From Octopus sinensis (taxonomy: Eukaryota): a stretch of 64,000 nucleotides of DNA. The position numbers and the translations under genes were made by a program. This document shows, piece after piece, positions 53,350-64,000 of the stretch (the first letter of the stretch is position 1; each line of letters begins with the position of its first letter). The DNA lies in the NCBI RefSeq assembly GCF_006345805.1, contig NC_042997.1, positions 188,976,001 to 189,040,000 of the forward strand, in the 5' to 3' direction. Below the pieces are notes generated by a model. It saw only the letters and a program-made list of their open reading frames with translations. It was not told where the DNA came from and did not search any database.

Positions 53350-53983
53350 TGTTTGATAAAAAGCATTCCCATCATGACAATCCTTATTTTAGTATCATCA
53401 TTATCCTTTAACGTCTGTTTTCCATGCTGGCATGGGTTGGACTGTTTGACCAGAGCTGGTAAGCTGTGCCAGGTTCCAGTCTAATTTGGCTTAGTTTCTA
53501 TGGCTGGATGCCCTCCTAACACCAACCAAATTATAGTGTGTGCTAGGTACTTTTAATGTGGCACCACGCAAGTATATCTATAACTAAATTCTTCAATGTG
53601 TCCTCCTTTTTTTAAAGATGTAAACATGTAACCTGAAGGAGATTTGACTGCTATTTCTAGCAGGCCAAGTAAACATATAGAGGGTACCTCATTAGCATGT
53701 AAATGTTAATATAATTTCATGTGCTGTCAGGTTTTGTGTTTTGTTCCATTATTGTTTTAGGTGTTGATGAGGTAATTCTGAAAATGCTGCTTATCAATTT
53801 TAGTCTGTGACTTTATTAAGTTTGTTTTGGAGAATATTTACGTGTTTGTTTTCGGTGTATGATATTTTGTGGAGAACCAAAGAACAGTCTGGTTTTAAAT
53901 GTTACATTTGTGTGTTCGCTGTTATAGTGGTGCATCTCCTTCAAAAGTGCTTATCTGTCTTCTGTTTTTCTTTCCTTATTTAG

Positions 53984-54001
53984 CCATTTCATTCCAGGTA
54001 G
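53984..54001 (+). CDS. Candidate 18-nt frame-preserving microexon of the Sec16-like gene (would add A-I-S-F-Q-V)
   Basis: Long polypyrimidine tract TCTGTCTTCTGTTTTTCTTTCCTTATTTAG|, donor TAG|GTATGT; open in phase 1, matching the upstream exon. Confidence 0.4.
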   Translation, partial: PFHSR

Positions 54002-55335
54002 GTATGTGAATAAACATTTTTTTTAGTGAGTATTTGTAGAGGATAGGTGTCATCTAGATCAAGTAGAGATTTAATTGGAAAAAAAATTTTTTTTTCATAA
54101 CTTTTTTTCTGCCTTTGGCATTATTTATTGCATGGGATATTTTGTTATATTGTAGTACTTCTCCCAATATCTCGTGTCTGTGGAAATTAGTCAGTAAGAA
54201 ATAATTTCATTTTTTTTTAGTTAGATGTCTTGCAAACAACTTGCACATGCAAGTGCTACCAGTCAAAAACTCTGCATACCTGAAGCCAGCAAGTGTATGG
54301 GGTCATCAGGAGGGGCCTACCTCTCTATGGCATCAATGAGCACTGCCCCCCCCCCTCACTGATATGAGGCCCCGCTTGCTAGATCAGCTGGTTATCAAAT
54401 AAAGCTCAATATCCTTCTAGCCATCGCTCATTGTCTCTTTTTAACCAAATCTAGTGGCTAGCCTTTTGCACTGTAGATTGGATATTGGTCATGGTGGTAT
54501 TGACTTTACGATGAGTTAGGCCTAGCGATAACAACAGTTGTCTCACACTGTGTCCAACAAACCCTCTACATGTTAAAAGTGGTTGGAGCAGGGCTAGTGA
54601 GATAACTTATGATTTCTTTTGAATCAGGCAGGGTGAGGAAAGATATTGGTTGTACTAGAAGGTTTTGTTGTTGTTTCACATATGCAGAAAAAATTTTCTT
54701 CATTGTTTTTGCAGTGTTATTTTTTGTTTGTATAATAAGCAAATATGATTTCTGAAATTTTTTTCTCTATTTTGTCATCAACAATCTCGATTGCAGTTCT
54801 GTAGTTAGATTTTATGGCAAAGACTTGTCAAATTGTTGGATCAGTTTTGCTTAAGCTGATACATTATGTATATATATGTATGAATATGTGCATTTATATC
54901 TAGTTTATTTGACAATCAGTTGAAAGTCTATGGAATCATTTCTGAATGACAGCTTTGTTTAGGGGTAGGAGAAAGTGGTGTGCATGCACATGCGCGCACA
55001 CACACACACACACACTAGTAGGACTGCAGCATTTTTACTAGATGTTTATTCTGAGTTCTGCATTGCCACTTTTCAAAACAAATTTTCACAGTTTAGGAGC
55101 TGAAATGTTTTGAAAAGTGGCAGTGTACACACACATACATTATAATCATCTACATCATTGTTTTAACATCTACTTTTCCGTGTTTGCATGGGTCAGACAG
55201 AATTTGCTGAAGCAGATTCTCTATGGCTTATTACCCTCCGACTAGGCATGTTTAGGTAGATAGGAAATGAATGACAGTGTTTGTATGACAATGGCACTAG
55301 ATGAGGCAACAAACACACATTCACACACACACAAC

Positions 55336-55366
<31 letters not shown>

Positions 55367-57085
55367 GTGTGTATACATTCTTTTATTCTTTTATTGTTGT
55401 TTCAGTCATTTGATTGCGGCCATGCTAGAGCACCTCCTTTAGTTGAGCAAATCAACACCAGAACTTATTCTTTGTAAACTAGTACTTATTCTATCGGACA
55501 CTTTTGCCGAACCGCTAAGGTATGGGGACGTAAACACGCCAGCATCGGTTGTCAGACACACACACACACATACACACATACAATGGGTTTCTTTCAGTCT
55601 CCGTCCACCAAATCCACTCACAAGGATTTGGTCGGTCCAAAACTATAGTAGAAGACACTTGCCCAAGGTGCCACACAGTGGGACTGAACCCAGAACCATG
55701 TAGTTGGTAAGCAAGCTACTTACCACACAGCCACTCCTGGGACTATAGAAGACACTCGCCCAAGGTGCTGCGCAGTGGGACTGAACCAAAGTCATATGAT
55801 TGGGAAGCAGACATTTTGCCACACTGTCATTCCTGCATGTTGATATGTATATAATGGAAATAGGTATGTATTGTTCAAACTGTGATGGTGGGATGATGAA
55901 ACTGGAAGAAGATTGATGAATAAAAGAAATGGCTTAGAGAATTGCAGAAGGGGTAGCACATGAAGTGTCTAAGGGAGCCAAAAAAGGTTGCAAAGAGAAC
56001 AGGTTCAGAGGGAAATGTTCAAAGATTGTATGGATCCAGAGGAAGGTCTGGGAGAAGTATTTTTAAGATTATGAAGGTGTTAGCAAAAAGAGAGATGCAC
56101 TGTGACAGAATGAACTGCTTGAAGGAAGAAGTGGGATAAACTGCTGTGGATCCAGATAGAATTAAGCAATGGTTGAAATGATAGTGGAGAGAGTGCTGAA
56201 TGAGGTGGCAATCATCATCATCATCATTTAATGTCCGTTTTCCATGCTAGCATGGGTTGGACGGTTCGACCGAGGTCTGGGAAGCCAGGAGGCTGCGCCA
56301 GGCTCCAGTCTGATCTGGCGGTGTTTCTACAGCTGGATGCCCTTCCTAACGCCAACCACTCAGTGAGTGTAGTGGGTGCTTTTTACGTGCCACTGGCACA
56401 GGGGCCAGAGGAGGCTGGCAAACGACCACGATCGGTTGGTGCTTTTTACGTGTCACCGACACGGATGCCAGTCAGGTGGCGCTGGCATCAGCTACGTTCG
56501 GATGGTGCTTTTTCGTGTCACCGACACGGGTATCTTAACTACAATTTCCATAGGACTTGTAGAGGAGATGACTGAGAAAGAGGTTGTGGAAGTGAGAAGG
56601 GTAATGAAGACTGGAGGGCCAACAGGAATTAGGGGAGAGATGTTAACCCTTCAACTACAAAATTAAATTTCATGGTTAAACTGAATGACTTCTAAGTTCT
56701 ACAAATGTTCTAACAAGAATTAGGGGCCCAACACTCCTGAGTAGTCCTGTGGTGTATTTCTGTCTTCTGTGCAATTGAGAATTACTGAGTCTGTGTTTGG
56801 TTTGTCCTTCTTTTTGGCAGGTATCGTTTTTTTTTCTCTTGCTGGATTTTTATGTTTTCCTCCTCACCTGGCAAGCCAGGTGGGGGATAGTCAGCTCAGT
56901 TTAGCTGTTAATGACCTGACCATGCTGCAGATTGTACTGGTCTACATGCTACAAGTAACACTGTTGAGCGATCGGACTTAAATATATACACGCATGCACA
57001 CATACACACACACTACTGCACCCCTACCCACCCCGACATCTGTGAAGAAACACGTATGTACACACATATACTTAGATATTTATGC

Positions 57086-57130
<45 letters not shown>

Positions 57131-59300
57131 CATAAGCATGGTTGTGTTTAAAGAAGTTTACTTCAGGATCATGTGGTTAGGGTTCGGTCTTATTGCCTGA
57201 ACAGCAATACTTTGTGAGTATAATTGGGTGATAGAAGTAGAAGAAATTTATCTGTATGTATGCATGTGTGAGTTCATATTTTTCTTGTCTTTATGGCTTC
57301 GTGGACTGTAAACAAAACAACAGTTTCACTGTTACACGAGGTGTCATATACCTGCAGTTAACCACGAAAGTACACTTGGGTTTCTTGACATGTTGCATGT
57401 CTTTGTAAACAAAAAGGTTCATAACTGTGTCTGGGCTGTGTATTGCTTAGTTGACTAGAGTATCAATATTTTGCTTGGGAACAGGTGAGGGCTGATAACA
57501 AGAAGGGCATCATCATCATCGTTTAACATCTGTTTTCCATGCTAGCATGGATTGGAAGGTTTAACCGGGGTCAGGGAAGCCAGGAGGCTGCACCAGGCTC
57601 AGTTTGATCTGGCAGTGTTTCTACAGCTGGATGCCCTTCCTAATGCTAACCACTCTGTGAGTGTAGTGGGTGCTTTTTAAGTGCCACCGGGGAGGCTGGC
57701 ACTGGCCATGATTGGTTGGTGCTTTTTGTGTGCCACTGGCACTGAAGCCAGTCAAGGCGGTGCTGGCATCAGCCACATTCAGATGGTGCTTTTTACTTGC
57801 CACTGGCATGGGTATCACAACTACAATTTCCATTTAATTTTTATTTTGATGTTGATGTACTTGACTCATTAGGTCTCCACAAGCACAGCAGGTCGCCCTA
57901 CAATTCGAGGTAAGCACAGCAGGCCGTCCTGCAATCTGGATGGGCTGGGGCTGGTTATGTGAAGCTGGGGCATCAAGTTGTAGAAAATATACTTCAACAA
58001 ATACTGATTCCTGCAAGCATGGAAACATGAACATCAAATTGCTGATGATGATGTCATCCATCATCACACTCCTTTAATGTCTATTTTTTCATACAGGCTT
58101 GGGTTGGACTATGAGATGTATATGTATATATATATATATGTATGTGTGTGTTCATTTTCAATCTGTTTTTCTAGGTGTGCATGGTTATTCGAATGTATTA
58201 TTAAGGCATCGTTTTACATCCAAATGCTCTTCCTGTCAATAACCCTCACCTGTTCTTTGAAGCTGCAAAGACAGTGGACCAGTTTTAATCAAGGAAATGA
58301 CAAAAAAACATCACCTATTGTGGTTCCCTGATTTCCAGAGAACCACTGCAAATATACACAAACACAGCTGCATGTAAGCACAGATACTCATATGCATATA
58401 CACACATATATGCGTACATTCACATATATATGCATACACTGTAAAGTGGTTGGCATTAGGAAGTACATTCAGCCCTAGAAACCACGACAAATCAGACTGG
58501 GGTCTAGTGCAGCTCCCCTGCTTGCCAGCTCTGGTAAAACCGTCCAACCCATACCAGTATGAAGAATAGACATTAAATAAGGACAATGATGATGACACGC
58601 ACACATACACACAAAGAATTTCTTTCATTTTCTATCTACCAAAGAATAGAAAAAATGACTTGAAAGGCAAGAGAAAGAGAACAAAAATTGTATGATACCA
58701 AAATAGATGTCTATTCGCTTGGCTGGTATATATATGTGTTTGTGTATATAGCTGATCAACAACCTTATTGACTCAATGGGAGTGTGATGTACTGTTCTGA
58801 TATACAAATAAACCTTTTAAGTGCAGTCTTCTCTTGAATACTGTGTTAATACTCTGTTTAATTTGTGGTTATAGTCCTACAGCAGGACACCTTGAACACG
58901 TGTCTTCTACTATAGACTAGGCTGTGCAAAGCCTTCTGGGTGAATTTAGTAGGAATTTAGTAGTGAATTTAGTAGTGAATTTAAAAGGAAGCGTGGTATA
59001 CATACATATATGCGTGTGTTTACGTTTGTGCTATCATGTTGTTTAGGTGCTAGTGTTGTTCGTACTACTCCTCTCAATTACTTCTCCTCTTGTTTCATAT
59101 CTTTGAAGTTGTGTGTAATCAAAAGATAGGTAAGGGTTAGTGTCTGGAAGGGCATCCAATAAAGAAAAAATAGCTGAATAACATGCTGGCATGGAAAAAT
59201 GGATATTGTATATGTTAATATATACAATTACATAAGCATATATATATATATGGTGAGAGAGAGAGAGGCAAATTATGTGGATAAACAAATTTGATATATT

Positions 59301-59472
59301 AAATATAATAGTTTGGGTATGAAATACAAAATATGTATACATGTAAGAGAAAGCTCAATTGTTATATTTATACTTAAATATTCGTCTGAAACTCTCCACT
59401 CTTTTGCATTCTCTCGCTTTGCATGTATACATATATACATATTTTGTATTTCATACCCAAACTATTATATTT
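59301..59472. repeat. Perfect 39-bp inverted repeat (foldback)
   Basis: AAATATAATAGTTTGGGTATGAAATACAAAATATGTATA (59301-59339) is the exact reverse complement of 59434-59472. Confidence 0.9.
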
Positions 59473-59814
59473 CAGCTCAACTTGATCCCGAATTGCCTTT
59501 CTTTACCCTGTGGACTCGATTCCCTGTAAAGAGATTGGAGTCTAAGTTTGGATCTTTTGAGCACTTCTGTCTTCTGTACTGAGAATCTCTGGATCTCGTG
59601 GACGATATATATATATATAATATATATACACATATATGAGTGAGTGGACAAATGAAAGAAAAGGGTACGCAACATGCATTATTTAAAAACAACATCACCT
59701 ATTGCTGATTTGGTAATCCAAAGCCTGAAAGTGACAGGCTCCTGTTAGGGGCCTGTGAAACTTTAGGATGCATAGAACTGAATCAAACTATTTTAAATAA
59801 TATGTGTGTGTATG

Positions 59815-60672
59815 TGTAGTCTGATCAGTTAGTATCTGGACTGTTGCTATTGTAATGAACCTAAAACACACAGAGTGAAGCCGCTTGGCACAGAATGACC
59901 TTGAACTCTGCTGTGCACGCACACCAAGTTTTAATGTTCTAGCTCACTTCCACTGTTTACAGCAATGCTTTGAAGGAAGGTGTGTAGCATATGATTGATG
60001 TGTTGACCATGACAAAGAGAGTTGAGCAGGAAATCTACATCAAATTTTGCCAAAAGCTTGGCAATACTTGCTCAGAGGCCTATGCAATGTTTTCAAAAAG
60101 TTTTCCTTGTTCTCGATATAAAATAGGTGATCTTGTGCAACTGAAACCTGAGTGTCTTTTTGGTCAGCTGAAAGCAGCTTTGGCACAAACTTGGCAGACA
60201 TGCATCTCATACCCAAATCTTCAGTGATAATGGACTGAACTGAATTGTAACTAAGCTGCACATCCTCTGATAACTCACGGATGGTGATTTGATGATTTCC
60301 TTTCATAGTTGCATGCACATCTGTGATGTTTTTTTCAGTTCTACTGGTTGCGGGTCTTCCAGCACATACGTCAACATAGACGTTCTTTGGCCATCTTTGA
60401 AACATCTGAACTACTTGTACATTTGTGTGCGGCTCATACACTCCTCTCCATACACTTTCTCCAACTTTGCGTAGGCCTCTGAGCAGGTGTTGTCATGGTC
60501 AATGCGATGATCATATACTGCACACCTTCCTTCCAGGCACTGCTGTAAACAGTAGAAGTGAGCTAGAATTTTAAAACTTAGTTCCAGGTCAATCTTTGCC
60601 AAGCAGCTTCACTCTATATGTTTTAGCTTCATTACTATGGCAACAATCTGGGTACTTATTGATCAGAACTTG
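59815..60672 (-). mobile_element. Mariner-derived foldback element built from two inverted 5' ends
   Basis: ~250-bp imperfect inverted arms both reaching the transposase ATG region; minus-strand N-terminal remnants VYGEECMSRTQ...GRPATSRT...AKFVPKLLS. Confidence 0.85.
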
Positions 60673-60748
<76 letters not shown>

Positions 60749-61843
60749 GGTTCTGACAGAGCTGTGTGATTAAGGATCTTGCTTCCCAACCATGTGGTCT
60801 CTGTATTCTGCTATGGGGTAGCTGGGATATGTGTTTTCTGCCACAGCCTTGCATATTAGGACTATTCCTCCTGATAACAGCTACCCACTAGGACAATTAC
60901 CCACTTTGGTTAATTACACCTTCTCCAATATATTAAGAAGTTTTAAATCATCTGTTGTCCTCAGGGGTAATTGGCCCTGGGTGGGGTTATTGTCCATGGG
61001 AAGTAAATGTCCTATACACCAATCGTAGGCTAACCAACCAAAGCCTTGTGAGTTGATATGGTTGATGGAAACTGGAATGTTGTGACAGTCATGTTCTTTC
61101 AAATTTCACTTGATTTCTACTCTTTATAACTCTGCTTTCACACTCTCACAAACCTACCTACCTACCTACCCAGTCATCCTTTGGTTCTCCTTTTTCTCCC
61201 TTTATCCGTCTTCTTATACCTTGTCTGTATGTCCTGATACCAAATCTCCATCATCCATTTTCTCTTTTCTGTGGTGGTAGCCATGTGTCTCCTCCATAGT
61301 AGTTCCTACCCCTCTTTTGTGATTTAGCCTCTCAGCACTGGCACAAAGCCATATCAAGGGGGCTTGTTTTCCAAGGTACTTGGTAACCTCATTAGTGCTG
61401 GTGGCACAAAAAAAAAAAAGGACTGAGTGGTTAGCATTGAGAAAGACGTGCCATAGAAACTTACCGAAGCAGACACTGGAAACCAAAATAACCCTCAGGC
61501 TAGTCAGATCCTGTTGACCCATCCAGTGCATTCCAGCATAGAATAGGAACATTAAATAATGATATATATATAAATATATATATATAATATAAATAATATA
61601 TAAATATATGCATATATACATACATATATGTACATACCTACATCTATATGTATATATACATGCATATATGGGTATAGGACATCAAAAAAACGTTGGACAC
61701 AATGAGAAACAAAAACATTGAAAGCGAACTTTTTTTCGAACAATGAAAAAGGCAAACAGAGAAACGTAAAGAATATTCCCCTTCATCAGTTGTCCCTGTT
61801 TCATCTACTCCGCATTTCAAAGGCATATATATACATATATATA

Positions 61844-61984
61844 TAGTTGTGGCCAAAAGTTTGGAATATTTTTTAAAAATTAAAATTGTTATGCCCAATA
61901 TATGTTTCAACCAAATATAACTTAGGGCATTTAATATCAAAATTCTAATTTTCAGACTTATGTTCCAAACTTTTGGCCACAACA

Positions 61985-61985
<1 letters not shown>
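61844..61985. mobile_element. Short Tc1-type MITE within (TA)n
   Basis: TIRs GTTGTGGCCAAAAGTTTGGAA / TTCCAAACTTTTGGCCACAAC. Confidence 0.8.
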
Positions 61986-62031
<46 letters not shown>

Positions 62032-62202
62032 CGTAGGAGTGGCTGTGTGGTAAGTAGCTTGCTTATGAACCACATGGTTCCGGGTTCAGTCCCACTGCGT
62101 GGCACCTTGGGCAAGTGTCTTCTACTATAGCCTCGGGCCGACCAAAGCCTTGTGAGTGGATTTGGTAGACGGAAACTGAAAGAAGCCTGTCGTATATATG
62201 TG

Positions 62203-62243
<41 letters not shown>

Positions 62244-62517
62244 TATATGTGTGTGTGTGTGTTTGTGTGTCTGTGTTTGTCCCCCCCCTCCCAGCATCGC
62301 TTGACAACCGATGCTGGTGTGTTTACACCCCCGTAACTTAGCGGTTCGGCAAAAGAGACTGATAGAATAAGTCCTGGGGGTCGATTTGCTCGACAAAAGG
62401 CGGTGCTCCAGCATGGCGACAGTCAAATGACTGAAACAAGTAGAAGAGTAAAAGAGAAAGAGTATATATATATATCATCACCATCATCGTTTAATGTCTG
62501 CTCTCCATGCTAGCATG

Positions 62518-62562
<45 letters not shown>

Positions 62563-62722
62563 TATTGGCAGGGCTGGCCTGCTAGGTAGCCGGCCAGAAT
62601 GCTAGAAATAGATCATCAACGATCAAACTACAAGGGAAATTCTCTAGAGGAAGAATTCAGCGAACACCAGAACCAAATTTGGCGGGCAGGACATATGAAA
62701 AATTAAATAAAAAAAAGACTTA

Positions 62723-62798
62723 AATGCATACCTCGGTTTCGGTCTTAACAAAAGAATTACTTGCATAATTCAAGTGTCCGTGACTTCTTCAGTACATT
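62723..62798 (-). ncRNA. Type I hammerhead ribozyme, unit 1
   Basis: Minus strand AATGTA-CTGAAGA-AGTC[...]GACC-GAAA-CCGAGG-TA-TGCATT: 6-bp stem I, intact CUGANGA/GAAA/UH core. Confidence 0.82.
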
Positions 62799-63268
62799 CG
62801 GTCCTCGAGATGCAAACCGCAAGACTAACCCCAGCTCTCTGTGTCAAGACAGACACGTGCTTAGTCTTACTGATTACATCGGGAATAAAATTTCAAATGT
62901 CTTGGTTCCGGCGCGCTAAGAGACTCCTGAAGCGAAGGGCTGCAGTGAATAATTCACTGCGGGTAAAGCTTACTACTAGGGAACGTATTTATTTAAATAT
63001 TTAAAAATTGAGGGAGATAAATTAATATTAATTTTAATATCAATTTAAAACCAGTAGTCCAGCATTCAAAAAATCTGAGGAGTCAGAGAAAATTCAAATA
63101 TATGTGTATATTGGCAGGGCTGGCCTGCTAGGTAGCCGGCCAGAATGCTAGAAATAGATCATCAACGATCAAACTACAAGGGAAATTCTCTAGAGGAAGA
63201 ATTCAGCGAACACCAGAACAAATTTGGCGGGCAGGACATATGAAAAATAAATAAAAAAAACAGACTTA

Positions 63269-63344
63269 AATGCATACCTCGGTTTCGGTCTTAACAAAAG
63301 AATTACTTGCATAATTCAAGTGTCCGTGACTTCTTCAGTACATT
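63269..63344 (-). ncRNA. Type I hammerhead ribozyme, unit 2
   Basis: Identical to unit 1, 546 bp away. Confidence 0.82.
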
Positions 63345-63807
63345 CGGTCCTCGAGATGCAAACCGCAAGACTAACCCCAGCTCCCTGTGTCAAGACAGAC
63401 ACGTGCTTAGTCTTACTGATTACATCGGGAATAAAATTTCAAATGTCTTGGTTCCGGCGCGCTAAGAGACTCCTGAAGCGAAGGGCTGCAGTGAATAATT
63501 CACTGCGGGTAAGCTTACTACTAGGGAACGTATTTATTTAAATATTAAAAATTGAGGGAGATAAATTAATATTAATTTTAATATCAATTTAAAACCAGTA
63601 GTCCAGCATTCAAAAAATCTGAGGAGTCAGAGAAAATTCAAATATGTGTATATTGCAGGGCTGGCCTGCTAGGTAGCGGCCAGAATGCTAGAAATAGATC
63701 ATCAACGATCAAACTACAAGGGAAATTCTCTAGAGGAAGAATTCAGCGAACACCAGAACCAAATTTGGCGGGCAGGACATATGAAAAATTAATAAAAAAC
63801 AGACTTA

Positions 63808-63883
63808 AATGCATACCTCGGTTTCGGTCTTAACAAAAGAATTACTTGCATAATTCAAGTGTCCGTGACTTCTTCAGTACATT
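63808..63883 (-). ncRNA. Type I hammerhead ribozyme, unit 3
   Basis: Identical to unit 1, 539 bp from unit 2. Confidence 0.82.
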
Positions 63884-64000
63884 CGGTCCTTGAGATGCAA
63901 ACCGCAAGACTAACCCCAGCTCTCTGTGTCAAGACAGACACGTGCTTAGTCTTACTGATTACATCGGGAATAAAATTTCAAATGTCTTGGTTCCGGCACA

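Larger units (their letters stand above)
62558..64000 (-). repeat. Head-to-tail tandem array of ~540-546-bp hammerhead-containing units (at least 2.6 copies, running off the window)
   Basis: The TTG(G)CAGGGCTGGCC anchor recurs at 62565, 63111 and 63653; units are nearly identical, differing mainly in homopolymer lengths. Confidence 0.95.

Noticed and set aside
61770-61825. Minus-strand GAAA...GTA...CTGATGA-AGGGG hammerhead-like motif
   Set aside because: Core words are present but stem I cannot pair and stem III is not formed in this copy; at most a relic.
61644-62426. 260-aa minus-strand ORF
   Set aside because: Read-through of a SINE A antisense, microsatellites and a MITE; the same peptide recurs at every SINE A copy.
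62572-62596. GGCCGGC resembling an HDV ribozyme P1 strand on the minus strand
   Set aside because: Only 10 nt separate the complementary strands, too few for the nested double pseudoknot; it is a simple hairpin.
63070-63105. Plus-strand CTGAGGA...GAAA resembling a second hammerhead core
   Set aside because: No stem II between the motifs and no pairable stems I or III; better explained as a TCTGA/TCAGA hairpin.
62774-63541. ORFs of 76 and 73 aa (MSVTSSVHS...) in the tandem units
   Set aside because: GTG starts, no recognisable domain, C-termini differ by an indel between units, and they overlap the ribozyme antisense.
62558-64000. CRISPR, rDNA or snRNA array interpretation of the tandem repeat
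   Set aside because: No repeat-spacer structure, eukaryotic context, and no recognisable 5S, U-snRNA, SL or histone sequence.

Overview
Eukaryotic, AT-rich, microsatellite- and SINE-dense animal genomic DNA. The repeat complement looks like a coleoid cephalopod, probably Octopus (inferred from recalled repeat families, not from a search). The window opens in a Ty3/Gypsy retrotransposon (pol, PPT and 3' LTR, 1-3201). A mosaic of SINEs, MITEs and decayed LINE, mariner, Tigger and Helitron pieces follows. One host gene is recognisable: a Sec16-like gene on +, with a probable NRF1/YY1 promoter and non-coding exon 1 near 24.1-24.5 kb, a 3.1-kb first coding exon (44294-47409) and a candidate 18-nt microexon (53984-54001). 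The most notable signal is at the right edge: a head-to-tail array of ~540-546-bp non-coding, structure-rich units. Each unit carries a complete type I hammerhead ribozyme on the minus strand, the architecture of a retrozyme-like or Penelope-derived self-cleaving, possibly circular-RNA-producing element. A second, degenerate hammerhead of a different family lies near 15.7 kb. All structures and alignments were read by eye.
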